The notes under the pieces are model-generated. The model was given only the letters and a program-made list of their open reading frames with translations, was not told where the DNA came from and searched no databases. A program made the position numbers and the translations under genes. Positions 11,035 through 20,876 of a stretch of DNA of 64,000 nt are shown here, one piece after another. The stretch covers positions 1,001,089 through 1,065,088 of the forward strand of contig JAXHMJ010000002.1 in assembly GCA_034521575.1 (NCBI GenBank). Direction: 5' to 3'. The stretch's first letter is position 1. The number at the start of each line of letters is the position of its first letter. This DNA comes from Candidatus Zhuqueibacterota bacterium (GTDB lineage Bacteria; Zhuqueibacterota; Zhuqueibacteria; Residuimicrobiales; Krinioviventaceae).

Positions 11035-11206
11035 TTTTGATTCAAATTTCGAGTTGATTCAGATTCAAACAATATAACAGATCGAACGAAGAAAAACAAA
11101 AAGTATCCTTTGCAAATGAAAATGATGACAATATGCTACTTGACTTGTTCACCTTTAACATTTAAATTATAAAAAAATTGATAATGCGCTTTATAAAGGA
11201 TATATC

Positions 11207-12274
11207 ATGAATCCGCAAACACCTCCCTTTCGCCTGAAACTCGCCATCACATTGTTAAATATTGCTATAGGCTGGCATTTCCTCTACGAAGGTTTGGTCA
11301 AACTCATTGATCCGGCCTGGTCTGCAGCCGGATATTTAATGAATTCAAACGGTTTTTTATCGGGCTTTTTTCAATGGATGGCAGGTTCAGATCTGCTGCT
11401 GACAGCGGTTGATTTTATCAATATTGCCGGACTCGTCATCATCGGTTTGTTTATTATGCTCGGTTTGTTTACCCGATATGCGGCGATAGCCGGAGCATTG
11501 CTGATCGGTTTTTACTATCTGGCGCAACCGCCCTGGACCGCAACCAAAGTAAGTTATGCCAGTGAGGGGCATTATCTGCTGGTGGATAAAAATCTGGTGG
11601 AAATCATCGCTCTCATCGTTATTGCCAATTTACCGCAATCGTGGTATTACGGACTGCAAAGGCTGATTAAGATCAGACTGCCGAAAAAAAACCGGATCAA
11701 AGCGCCGGACGACATCAATCACAACCTGGACGGTCATGCACTAAACCGCCGCAGACTGGTCAAGAATCTGGTTTCCTTGCCGTTTGTCGGCGCCCTGGCA
11801 TTTGCATTCATCAAGAATCACGGCTGGGAAAGCTTTGAAGAGACACAACTCAACAACAAACTGAACCTGAGCGATGCCAGAACCGGAGCTACGGTTCAAG
11901 TCAATGATCCGGTCGATCTGTCCAAACTGAAAAAACCGGTTTCCAAAGGTAATATCGGTGATCTGCAAATCAGCCGTCTGATCTGCGGCGGCAACCTGAT
12001 CAGCGGGTTTGCCCACAGCCGTGATCTGATTTATGTATCCTCCCTGCTGAAAACCTATTTCACAGAGAAAAAGGTACTGGATACCTGGTGGATTTGTGAG
12101 CAATGCGGCATCAACTCGATTGATATGCGTACGGCGCCGCCTGAAATCAATTTGATTCATACTTTTGGAAACAGGGCGGCAACATGCAGTGGATCGCGCG
12201 CGTTTATCCCCAGGAAAAACATTTCAAGGAAAATATCGATATGGCGTTGGACAACGGCGCTTCTGCAGCATTGA
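11207..12274 (+). CDS. DoxX-family membrane protein, N-terminal about 150 aa. A downstream region is fused in frame to it and carries a Tat-like RRRLVK signal, so there is a possible mis-join.
   Basis: The DoxX signature is LLNIAIGWHFLYEGLVKLIDPAWSAAGY, followed by 4 TM helices. At about residue 170 the sequence HALNRRRLVKNLVSLPFVGALAFAFIKN looks like a twin-arginine signal. The 3' tail (ATCSGSRAFIPRKNISRK...) overlaps the next ORF and looks non-coding, which suggests a frameshift near 12145-12185. Confidence 0.5.
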   Translation: MNPQTPPFRLKLAITLLNIAIGWHFLYEGLVKLIDPAWSAAGYLMNSNGFLSGFFQWMAGSDLLLTAVDFINIAGLVIIGLFIMLGLFTRYAAIAGALLIGFYYLAQPPWTATKVSYASEGHYLLVDKNLVEIIALIVIANLPQSWYYGLQRLIKIRLPKKNRIKAPDDINHNLDGHALNRRRLVKNLVSLPFVGALAFAFIKNHGWESFEETQLNNKLNLSDARTGATVQVNDPVDLSKLKKPVSKGNIGDLQISRLICGGNLISGFAHSRDLIYVSSLLKTYFTEKKVLDTWWICEQCGINSIDMRTAPPEINLIHTFGNRAATCSGSRAFIPRKNISRKISIWRWTTALLQH

Positions 12275-12774
12275 TTATGGGCAACATGGGTGATCAATGG
12301 ATCCGGGACGGTAAATTCGATCTGGTCGGTGAGGTGCTTGAATACATCAAAAGCAAAAAGGTGCCGGCCGGACTGGCAGGACATGAACTGGTTACAATCA
12401 AAGATGCGGAAGAGCATCATCTGGGCGCAGATTTTTACATGAAAACCCTGCACAGCAACCGCTACTGGTCCTGGCAGCCGGATGAATCCAAACAGGATTG
12501 GGTGATCGACAATTATGACACGGACAATTACTGGGCGCGCACGCCGGAGGCAACGATTCAGTATATGGAAAGCCTGGACAAACCCTGGATCGCCTTCAAG
12601 GTCCTGGCCGCCGGCGCCCTTTCCCCGGAACAAGGGTTCAAATATGTATTTGAAAACGGCGCCGATTTTGCCTGTGTGGGCATGTTTGATTTCCAGATCG
12701 TGGAAAACGCCAATAGTTTTACGTCTGTTGTGAACGATCCGGGATTTACACGGAAACGCGAATGGATGGCGTGA
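12184..12774 (+). CDS. Hypothetical protein. It is probably the C-terminal part of the Tat-exported protein whose signal lies inside the preceding ORF.
   Basis: The 196-aa ORF has protein-like composition (…DGKFDLVGEVLEYIKSKKVPAGLAGHELVTIKDAEEHHLGADFYMKTL…). Its frame opens at 12145 just as the upstream ORF degenerates. I recognise no domain. Confidence 0.45.
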   Translation: MQWIARVYPQEKHFKENIDMALDNGASAALIMGNMGDQWIRDGKFDLVGEVLEYIKSKKVPAGLAGHELVTIKDAEEHHLGADFYMKTLHSNRYWSWQPDESKQDWVIDNYDTDNYWARTPEATIQYMESLDKPWIAFKVLAAGALSPEQGFKYVFENGADFACVGMFDFQIVENANSFTSVVNDPGFTRKREWMA

Positions 12775-13055
12775 CAAGGCGTTAATGGGTGAAAAGATAC
12801 GGGCAGCGGCGGATCACCCCGGCGTTCATTGGTCATATCTTTGCTGCAGGAAATACCATCAACCGTGTCGAATCCATGCTTGTTGAGTAGATAATCCGGC
12901 AGGTATCCCCGATGCCACTTGCTCACACAGGCGGCGCAGCCTTTTACGCTTGAGCCGTCAGGCAATAGTCGATTTCGATTGCGAAATACCGGTTTCATGG
13001 AACGGAAACAGCGCTGTATGAACTCCGGTGCAAAATTCCGCGCTGGATCGTACCA

Positions 13056-13907
13056 TTAATCCTCAGGATCTAATTCGCCGTACAATTTTGCTTCACAGTC
13101 AGGACAGATGCCGTGGCTAAAGCGAGTATTTGATCGATTATGAAAATAATGTTCGACCTGTTCCCAGTATCCCGAGTCGTTGCGTATTTTTTTACAATTG
13201 GCGCAGATCGGAATAATGTCCTGCAGCATTTCAATTTCCTGGATCGATCGCTGCAGCCGATCAATCAGTTCCTCTTTTTCGATATTTGCTGATTTGAGTG
13301 CGGTGACAGTAGCGGTGAGAGCCTGGTTCGAGCTATTTAACCTTTTCTGTACAACCTCACGCAAAATTTCCATGACCAGCGCAAACGCATAGATTACAAT
13401 ATAAGCGGGAATGAACCGAATCATCAAATCCGGGGGATAGACGGCAAGTCCCGGAATTAGAGGCGCAACCACAAAGCTCAGGCTGGTCATAAACAACAGC
13501 AGCAGCGCCAGGAAAGAGCCCCGCTTTGATCCAAGCATAAACAAAGAAATCAACGGATAAGAAAACAGCCAGACAAATCCTGTAGCGTTGACACCGCCGG
13601 AGGTGATGAGATAAAAGTAAAATAACCCAATAACGGCAGAACCCAAAAATGCGGCGATATTATAGCGTTTTTTGCGGCGGAGAAAAACAAACAACCCAAT
13701 CAAAAACAACCACACGGCAAAGTCAATCACAGCAACGATGATATAGTCCTGAATCAGAGCCAGTATCCCCAATATGGACAGGAAAATACTTCCGAAAAAG
13801 ATGATGAGATTTGACAAAAAAACCTTGCGCAAAATTTCAAGATCATGATCCCGGGGCAAGCCGCTGGAGAATAAAGACCAGAACCATTGTTTCAATTTTT
13901 CAACCAT
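13056..13907 (-). CDS. Integral membrane protein with about 6 TM helices, a coiled-coil linker, and a C-terminal Cys/His-rich domain (CANCKKIRNDSGYWEQVEHYFHNRSNTRFSHGICPDCEAKLYGE) that looks Zn-binding.
   Basis: The ORF is 283 aa. The N-terminal two-thirds is hydrophobic. The segment LTATVTALKSANIEKEELIDRLQRSIQEIEMLQD is coiled-coil-like. The terminal C..C...HGICP.C motif recurs at the C-termini of sensor-type membrane proteins in several phyla. Confidence 0.6.
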   Translation of the reverse strand: MVEKLKQWFWSLFSSGLPRDHDLEILRKVFLSNLIIFFGSIFLSILGILALIQDYIIVAVIDFAVWLFLIGLFVFLRRKKRYNIAAFLGSAVIGLFYFYLITSGGVNATGFVWLFSYPLISLFMLGSKRGSFLALLLLFMTSLSFVVAPLIPGLAVYPPDLMIRFIPAYIVIYAFALVMEILREVVQKRLNSSNQALTATVTALKSANIEKEELIDRLQRSIQEIEMLQDIIPICANCKKIRNDSGYWEQVEHYFHNRSNTRFSHGICPDCEAKLYGELDPED

Positions 13908-14050
13908 AATATAATTCCTCTTTAGATAGAAGAGAAACGCTTATAAATAACAGGTTGTTCCCGTACAACAGAGAAAAGAGATATGAATAAAAAGTACAAA
14001 ACAGACCATACCATAGTATGTACTGTTATACCCTAGCATATTTCATTAAT

Positions 14051-14752
14051 TAATAGTGCTTTATATAGACTGGTGAGCGATTGGGCAATGAATCCACCAT
14101 AACCAGGGTGCCGCCTGTTTGCACAAATTGTATAATATTTTGAGCGGTCTGCGGATGCATAGATTCAACCCCGGTCAACATCAGGGCTTCATATTGCATG
14201 GGCCCGTATATCAACGTTCCTGCTAGGTTTTCCTGAAGCGACTCGCAAATCCATCCGTTCAGTTGGCGCCGGCAAGTTCGATGCTGTCACAAAACAGGGC
14301 CCGCAGAATATCCTCGAACGGTACTCCTGTATCCGCTGATATTTTCAAAAGCCTCTGCAGATAGGCGCGTGTCACTTTGCGGTTATAGTGTTCCATGACA
14401 TTCCCGGCAGCCCCGGGCGCCCCGTACATCACTTTTCGGCGACCCCGCTGCCGGATACCGTAAACCAGCTCGAACGTTCACCCGGTACGGTATAGTTTAT
14501 AGTTTTGTTTTGATACAGATTCATCAAATCAATGGATTGCGAAACATCGTGGGTACTCTCAGGAATCATATTGTTAAAAAAAAGATCATTCTGCTCTCCT
14601 TTTCCGGCATGCGCCCAGGGGCTTTGCTGCTGAAAACTTTTACGCAGCTGTTCGTGCAATTTTTGAAAACAGGTCATTGGGTTCGGTTTATTCCGATATT
14701 TGCCTGTATCTCTGAAAATTTTCGGCGGCCGAATTTCAACCGCCGAAGGCAA
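14051..14752 (-). pseudogene. Degraded gene remnant of about 230 codons in three frames with no credible start. It may be the C-terminal part of a glycoside-hydrolase-associated, GATase-like domain protein.
   Basis: Three contiguous minus-strand fragments read, N to C, as ...DLFFNNMIPESTHDVSQSIDLMNLYQNKTINYTVPGERSSWFTVSGSGVAEK / YGAPGAAGNVMEHYNRKVTRAYLQRLLKISADTGVPFEDILRALFCDSIELAGAN / LNGWICESLQENLAGTLIYGPMQYEALMLTGVESMHPQTAQNIIQFVQTGGTLVMVDSLPNRSPVYIKHY*. The fragment begins directly after the stop of the upstream gene and has no N-terminal region. Confidence 0.35.
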
Positions 14753-14755
14753 GGA

Positions 14756-15859
14756 TCAGCGAGTCAGCATCATTTTGCGCTGATGACATTGTGAGTTGTT
14801 CTGTAGACGATAGAGATAACCCCCTGAAGGCGCTTGAACGCCAGAATCCATCAGGCCATTCCATGTGGCGCTATAATGACCGGCCGGCAGAGTCTGATCA
14901 ACCAAGGTACGGATTTTCTGTCCCTGCATATTATACACCACAAGGCTTACATATCCTGTAGAGGCAAGAGAATAAGTAATTCGCGTGATCGGATTGAATG
15001 GATTGGGAACATTGGGATTCAGAGTAAAATCATCCGGCGTCATTGATTCCTGGCGGACAATGGAAACAAAATCCGTCTCTACAAATTTTACTGTACCAAA
15101 ATCCGAGGCATTCTGCCAGTGGTCGTTATATTTGTGCTGCGGTACATAGACTGATCCGATGAAATTATCGCGTGATTTCGGCTCCTCATTTATTCCGTCA
15201 TTATCGCAGTAAGCCAATGACAGGCCGCTGACTTTGCCGATAAAGAGTTCTTCCGTCGGATTGCTTGCATTGTTCACATCATAGGATTCGTTGAACACAG
15301 CCATGGCAATTTCCCAGGTGTAAAGTGTGTCCTGCTCTTTGATGACACAGCGCAGATGGTGAGTAAAGTCCACGGGGTCCCATCCCTGCTGCAGGTCAAT
15401 GACCTCATAAGCAACCGAATTATTGCCAGCTGTAATATGATAGGCGAATGCATTATTATCATGTGTATGATCCCCATCCGAATTATCTTCATCGCAGAAA
15501 ATCTCGACCACATCCCAGTCCGGCCAGCCGCCATCCGGGTAACTGTAGCCTTTGACCAATGCATCGTCAACGATCTCGACCAGAAAATAAACCGAATCAG
15601 TGTCTGATGACCAGCTCACTTTATACCGCCCTGTAAAATCTTCAGCAGGCAGACTGCCGCCCCAGGGAATCCAGACCTGATCGATGGTCTGCCACGCGGC
15701 ATGATCCCAGCAGGCATCCGATCCGAATCCATCCATTACCGGCGGTGTTTCGGCTTCACGCGCATAAACAGTATCGTCCTGTACCAGCGTCTGCAGCGGA
15801 TTTGCGGACGCAGCACTGAACAGCACAGCAAAACATAAAATAAAATAGTAGAATTTCAT
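14756..15859 (-). CDS. T9SS cargo protein with a CBM9/DOMON-like carbohydrate-binding domain.
   Basis: RBS GAGAGGAG is followed by ATG 15859. Signal peptide MKFYYFILCFAVLFSAASA. The motif ETPPVMDGFGSDACWDHAAW...WSSDTDSVYFLVEIVDD resembles CBM9. The C-terminus NPNVPNPFNPITRITYSL...GGYLYRLQNNSQCHQRKMMLTR is a T9SS C-terminal domain. Confidence 0.65.
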   Translation of the reverse strand: MKFYYFILCFAVLFSAASANPLQTLVQDDTVYAREAETPPVMDGFGSDACWDHAAWQTIDQVWIPWGGSLPAEDFTGRYKVSWSSDTDSVYFLVEIVDDALVKGYSYPDGGWPDWDVVEIFCDEDNSDGDHTHDNNAFAYHITAGNNSVAYEVIDLQQGWDPVDFTHHLRCVIKEQDTLYTWEIAMAVFNESYDVNNASNPTEELFIGKVSGLSLAYCDNDGINEEPKSRDNFIGSVYVPQHKYNDHWQNASDFGTVKFVETDFVSIVRQESMTPDDFTLNPNVPNPFNPITRITYSLASTGYVSLVVYNMQGQKIRTLVDQTLPAGHYSATWNGLMDSGVQAPSGGYLYRLQNNSQCHQRKMMLTR

Positions 15860-16139
15860 TACACTCCTCTCAAAGGTTGGACATGAATGGTTTGTATAGA
15901 TCATCTTTTTGATGCATCTGCAAAAAGTATGCTGTTGTAGAATTTTTCAAAATGCTGCATCGAGCGGCGCCCCATGCTGTCAAAATAAACCGCCACGCTG
16001 AGCCAGTCAGAGTAAGGCGCTTTTGTATCATAATCATCAAACGTCCGCATACAGGTATTCCGGGAGTACCGGGGCGCCAATGAACCTATACTCCATTTTA
16101 CTTTTATGTTGCGCCTTGCTCATATAAGGTGTAAAGTCT

Positions 16140-19100
16140 TCAGGCTGTTTTTGTGAACAAACTGTAAAGCACCGGCACAATCAGCAGAGTCAGCAGGGTT
16201 GACACCAGCAGACCCCCGATGATGGTCCACCCCATCTGCGCCCACATGGTACCGCCGGTCAGCGTCAGCGGCAGCAGTCCGCCAATGGTGGTCAATGCAG
16301 TCAAAACAATAGGAACAAACCGGGTTTCCGCTGAAATTTGTACAGCCTCAATCAGAGACTTGCCGGAACGCAGCAGCTGATTGGAATAATCAACAAGAAT
16401 GATGGAATTGTTCACCACAATTCCCACCAGACTCGTGAGTCCAATGAACGCTGAAAATGAAAAGCTGTTTCCCGTAATCAGCAGCGCCAATATGGAACCT
16501 ATAATCGCCAACGGAATGGCGGAGAAAACAATCAAGGGCTGGGACCAGGAGCGGAACTGCAGCACCAGTACAGCGAAAATACCAACCAGTGCCGCCAGTA
16601 TGGCCTGCATCATGCCGCCGAACGATTCCTGACGGCTCTCCTGCTCACCGGCAATACTGTAACGGTAGCCTGTCGGCCATTGATAGTTGTCGAGTTTTTG
16701 CAGAATACCGGAGACGAGATCATCTACTGTGTATCCCGGACGGACATCCGAGGTCAGCAAAACAGAGCGCTCCATATTGTGATGAGAGATATACAGCGGG
16801 CTGGGTGTCAATTCCACTGCAGTTAGTTGATAAAGCGGGATCATGGTTCCGGACATTGACGCTATATAAATATCGTTCAGGTCTGACATACGCGGTGTTT
16901 GATCAACAGGCAGTCGCAGGACCATATCATAGGCTTTCCCATTGACATCACGGTACTCTCCAAGCGTCAGTCCGTTCAGAGCGGCACGAACCGTAAAATC
17001 AATATCAGAAAGCCGGACTCCCAGCATGGCGGCTTTGTCCCGATTCATTTTTATTTTCAGATTACTTTTGCCGGTGCGCAGCGGATTGTCAATATTCACC
17101 GTGCCCGGATGTTGTTTTAGCATACTTTCCACATCCCCGGCAATGCGTTCCAGCATTGCCATATTGTCTCCCAGAACTCGAATGGCTACCGGCGCTTCAA
17201 CCGGTGGACCCTGTTCGAGTTCCTTGATCTGAATTTTAGCTCCGGGATAACGGTCAAAGCGCTTTCGAAGTTCAGCAATAAGCTGCTCTTGTTTTTCACT
17301 GTTGTAAGACTCGAGCTCAACAAACAATTGAGCGTGATTGCTTTTTGTACGTTCGGCAATAATATTATAATACAAACGAGGATTGCCGTGTCCGATATTC
17401 GAAGCAACGGTTTTTATTTCAGGACAGGCCTGCAGAACTGATTCCACATCCTTGCTTATTCTGTCTGTTTCATTGAGATTCATGCCCTGGGGCAGATTGA
17501 TATTGACAAAAAACTGCGGTTTTTCCGCTTTTGGGAAAAAACTGACACCGATAAAACGGAATAATCCCAGTGATAGAATCAGGGCAAGCGTGGACACTAT
17601 TAAAACTTTGAGCGGATGTTCGAGCGCCCGGAATAGTGTGCGTCTGTACACCGTTTCGATAAATCGGTTTAGCCGCTGACGCACCCGGCTCTGTCTCTGA
17701 TTGTCTGATGTGCACAATAATTTTGAAGCAAAGTAAGGAGTCACAGTCAGGGAAACCAGCAGTGACGCGGACAACGTGTACACCACCGTCACCGGCATAC
17801 TGCGGATAAAATCTCCGGTTACATCCTGAATGAGGATAATCGGAATGAACGCCAACACCGTAGTGGTTGTCGCGCTGACCACCGCCCACCCGATTTGAGT
17901 GGTGCCCTGCACAGCAGCCTGAGTGCGATCCAGTCCCTGATGAATAAACCGGCTGGTATTTTCAGTCACCACAATGGCATTATCCACCAGCAGGCCGAGA
18001 GCAATCACCAGTCCGGCAATGGACATTTGCTGCAGGCCATAACCGCTCATATCCACCAGTCCGATAGCCGTCATAATGGAAATAGGAATGGCCAGCATAA
18101 CGATCAACGCCGGACGTGCTCCCACACCAAGCAGAATAATGGTACCAACCAGCACGATACCCTGCAGCAGATTCATAAAAAACCCGCGAATGCGTTTGGA
18201 TACGCTGGTCGACTGGTCGAAAACCGTCTCCATCCGAACATTGCCCGGCAAGCTTTTTTTATGATCGTCAAGAACCGGATGCAGATTGTCAAATATTTTT
18301 AAGATATTGGTGCCGGGTTTTTGACTGACAGACAGGTAGATACATCGTTCGCCATTGAATCTGGCTTTGTATGTGACGTCATTCGGCCTCATGTCCACCT
18401 CAGCCACATCTTTCAGATAAACCACTTGGCCGGGTGCCGCATTGATTACCGTGTTTTCAATTTCCCGCACAGATTCATAGCTGCCGCTGGTTTTAATGCT
18501 CAACCGGCGTGACCCTACATCAATGGCTCCGCCCGGTATGTTCACATTGGCATCCTGGATAGCGCCGATGACACGGTCGATGGAAAGCTGCCATTGCGCC
18601 ATCTTTGTCATATTGATGGAAATACGCACCTGTTGATCCGGCAAAGCCCACAGCTTTACATTTTTCACTCCGGGAATCCGTTGCATGTCATCCTGAAGAC
18701 GTTCGGCCCGTTCTTCAAGATCGCGATAAGAGGCGTCATCGGATACCAGGGCCAAGTGTAATATCTGAACGTCGCTGATGCTCCATTTCATCAACGTTAG
18801 GTCATGAATTCCGTCCGGAAGCTGAGAGCGCATGCTGTTGACCTTTTGTACAACCAGATCATATTTTTCATCCGCATCGCTCCCGGGTTCAAATTCAACA
18901 GCCACCACACCCAGCCCATCCGATGCTTCAGCAGACAAATGTTTAATATCTTCCAATTCATTGACAATCGTCTCAATAGGATCGACAACCAGCTCCTCAA
19001 CATCAGAAGGACCGGCTCCGGGATAAATAACAATGATACTGGTTCCCGGCGGTGTCACAAGCGGATCTTCGGTTTTGGGCATATCCAGAAAAGAAATAAC

Positions 19101-19175
19101 GCCCATCAATATCAATAAAACAACAATAATCAGGGTAAACTGATGATGTTCAATGGAACTTTTGGGTAATTTCAT
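16140..19175 (-). CDS. RND efflux transporter permease (AcrB/HAE1 family).
   Basis: The protein is 1011 aa with 12 TM helices and two large periplasmic loops. Conserved blocks include DIHDLTLMKWSISDVQILHL, IDNAIVVTENTSRF and NSIILVDYSNQL. Confidence 0.9.
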   Translation of the reverse strand: MKLPKSSIEHHQFTLIIVVLLILMGVISFLDMPKTEDPLVTPPGTSIIVIYPGAGPSDVEELVVDPIETIVNELEDIKHLSAEASDGLGVVAVEFEPGSDADEKYDLVVQKVNSMRSQLPDGIHDLTLMKWSISDVQILHLALVSDDASYRDLEERAERLQDDMQRIPGVKNVKLWALPDQQVRISINMTKMAQWQLSIDRVIGAIQDANVNIPGGAIDVGSRRLSIKTSGSYESVREIENTVINAAPGQVVYLKDVAEVDMRPNDVTYKARFNGERCIYLSVSQKPGTNILKIFDNLHPVLDDHKKSLPGNVRMETVFDQSTSVSKRIRGFFMNLLQGIVLVGTIILLGVGARPALIVMLAIPISIMTAIGLVDMSGYGLQQMSIAGLVIALGLLVDNAIVVTENTSRFIHQGLDRTQAAVQGTTQIGWAVVSATTTTVLAFIPIILIQDVTGDFIRSMPVTVVYTLSASLLVSLTVTPYFASKLLCTSDNQRQSRVRQRLNRFIETVYRRTLFRALEHPLKVLIVSTLALILSLGLFRFIGVSFFPKAEKPQFFVNINLPQGMNLNETDRISKDVESVLQACPEIKTVASNIGHGNPRLYYNIIAERTKSNHAQLFVELESYNSEKQEQLIAELRKRFDRYPGAKIQIKELEQGPPVEAPVAIRVLGDNMAMLERIAGDVESMLKQHPGTVNIDNPLRTGKSNLKIKMNRDKAAMLGVRLSDIDFTVRAALNGLTLGEYRDVNGKAYDMVLRLPVDQTPRMSDLNDIYIASMSGTMIPLYQLTAVELTPSPLYISHHNMERSVLLTSDVRPGYTVDDLVSGILQKLDNYQWPTGYRYSIAGEQESRQESFGGMMQAILAALVGIFAVLVLQFRSWSQPLIVFSAIPLAIIGSILALLITGNSFSFSAFIGLTSLVGIVVNNSIILVDYSNQLLRSGKSLIEAVQISAETRFVPIVLTALTTIGGLLPLTLTGGTMWAQMGWTIIGGLLVSTLLTLLIVPVLYSLFTKTA

Positions 19176-20206
19176 AATTCCGGCCTCGCATTTTGTTCAA
19201 CGATTACCGGCATTCCCGGGCTCAGATAGGCTGCTCCATCGGTGATAATCTCTGTAACGGACAAATCGGGTTCCACCAGCACGGAATCATCAGTCATGAA
19301 CGCTATTTTGACAGCATGTTTGCTGGCTCGTCCATTTTCAACTGAATAAACAGAGGCCTGTGATCCATCGGCCTCCACCAGCGCTTTGACCGGCAGAATG
19401 TTAAATATCTGTGTATCACCGGGTATCAGTTTAACACGCGCGACAAATCCACTTTTCAGCTTGAGGTCGACAGACTGGAGGATAATCTCCAGCGGGTAAG
19501 TGCCGGTTTTGGGTGACAGGGTTCCGGAAAGCTGCTTGATGTATCCGGATACGGGACGATCCGGAAAGGCATCAAATACAACAATCGCCCGGTCGCCGCG
19601 ATTGAGTCTGATAACATCTGATTCAGTTACAGAGGTCCTCAGCGCCCAGTGATCATCCAGTTGCCCAAAGAAAAAAACGGGATGTCCGGCAGCTACCATT
19701 TCGTGCTCATCCATCAATTGAGAAAGAATATATCCATCTGAAGGAGCGGTTATACGGGCATGACGCAGGTTAAAGTCTGCGATTTTCAGGTCAGAGTGAG
19801 CCATTTCAAGCGCTGTTTCAGCATTCTGCAGCTGTTCCAGTGTGGTTACGCTGTCGGTATATAGTTTTTTCACTCGATTATAGTCACGCCGGGCTTTATC
19901 CAGACCGCTACGGGCCTGCTGGACACGCGCTTTAATTTCATCCAATTTGAGCACAGCCAGACATTGTCCCTGAACAACCTGTTCGCCTTCAAGCACACAA
20001 ACACTGTCAATAAAACCGCCGATTTTAAAGGATAACCTCAATTCTTTCTCTGCTTTCAAAAGTCCGCTGGTGACAACGGGACGTGATGTTCTATGCTGTT
20101 TTATTTTATCGACCCGAACCGGTACGGCATGAGTTTGCGGCTGTTCCGGTTCATGACAGGCCAGCAACAGTAAAGCAGATGTCAAAATCATATATCTATA
20201 TTTCAT
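19172..20206 (-). CDS. RND efflux periplasmic adaptor subunit (HlyD/MFP family) lipoprotein.
   Basis: RBS GAGGAG is followed by ATG 20206. The lipoprotein signal is MKYRYMILTSALLLLAC. The protein has biotinyl-lipoyl and beta-barrel regions. Its stop overlaps the permease start (ATGA at 19172). Confidence 0.85.
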   Translation of the reverse strand: MKYRYMILTSALLLLACHEPEQPQTHAVPVRVDKIKQHRTSRPVVTSGLLKAEKELRLSFKIGGFIDSVCVLEGEQVVQGQCLAVLKLDEIKARVQQARSGLDKARRDYNRVKKLYTDSVTTLEQLQNAETALEMAHSDLKIADFNLRHARITAPSDGYILSQLMDEHEMVAAGHPVFFFGQLDDHWALRTSVTESDVIRLNRGDRAIVVFDAFPDRPVSGYIKQLSGTLSPKTGTYPLEIILQSVDLKLKSGFVARVKLIPGDTQIFNILPVKALVEADGSQASVYSVENGRASKHAVKIAFMTDDSVLVEPDLSVTEIITDGAAYLSPGMPVIVEQNARPEL

Positions 20207-20216
20207 GTTGATCTCC

Positions 20217-20876
20217 TCATTCACTGTTGTCAATTGCAATATTGCGTAAACTGCTTCGAACCAGCTGGAAATATATTTCTATCATTCTATCCGTATCTAC
20301 ATGGAAAACATTTTGCAGTTCATCTTTGTTCTGTTGTACAATTTGAATGACGCCTGTGGTCTGTCCCCACATCAACACAGCCAGCTCCATGGGATCATAT
20401 AACGTGTGGATAGTTTTATCCTGTATACCGTTTTTTATGGCTTTTGCTGTAATTTTATGAATAGACATACCGGTCTGGTGACAGGCATCAGCCTGGGGGT
20501 CTAATTCAGCAGCGGAATTGTGTTTATCAGCCATACAGTACAACATGAGTTCATAATAATCGCGTTCCTGTTCGGCAAATCGAAGGTATTCTTTGCCGAT
20601 CGCCTCCAGCTGTTCCGCTCCGGTCTTTTTTTCCTGCATAACCGCCTCAAACATGGATTTTAATTGATTTAATCCCCGGTTACAAAGGCCGGCCAAGAGA
20701 TCGCTTTTATTTTGAAAATATAAATACAGGGTTCCCTTGCTCAATTCAGCTTTATCGGCGATTTGATCCATACTGGTTTCATGGACACCTGTTGTAAAAA
20801 CCAGCTCAGCCGCAGCGGACAAAATTTCATCCATGCGCTTCAGGCGCTCACGCTCTCTTCTTTCAGCAGTTCCCAT
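20217..20876 (-). CDS. TetR/AcrR-family transcriptional regulator.
   Basis: N-terminal HTH: ILSAAAELVFTTGVHETSMDQIADKAELSKGTLYLYFQNKSDLL. It is the first gene of the RND operon. Confidence 0.85.
   Translation of the reverse strand: MGTAERRERERLKRMDEILSAAAELVFTTGVHETSMDQIADKAELSKGTLYLYFQNKSDLLAGLCNRGLNQLKSMFEAVMQEKKTGAEQLEAIGKEYLRFAEQERDYYELMLYCMADKHNSAAELDPQADACHQTGMSIHKITAKAIKNGIQDKTIHTLYDPMELAVLMWGQTTGVIQIVQQNKDELQNVFHVDTDRMIEIYFQLVRSSLRNIAIDNSE

Noticed and set aside
12558-12998. A 146-aa minus-strand ORF spanning the 12775-13055 intergenic gap
   Set aside because: Two-thirds of it overlaps the well-supported plus-strand gene 12184..12774. It has no RBS or recognisable domain, and the remaining 74 codons alone are not convincing.
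15915-16123. A small minus-strand gene (MSKAQHKSKMEYRFIGAPVLPEYLYADV / FDDYDTKAPYSDWLSVAVYFDSMGRRSMQHFEKFYNSILFADASKR) directly downstream of the RND permease
   Set aside because: It is protein-like but split across two frames, has no clear RBS and matches no recognised family. I left it as an unannotated possibility.
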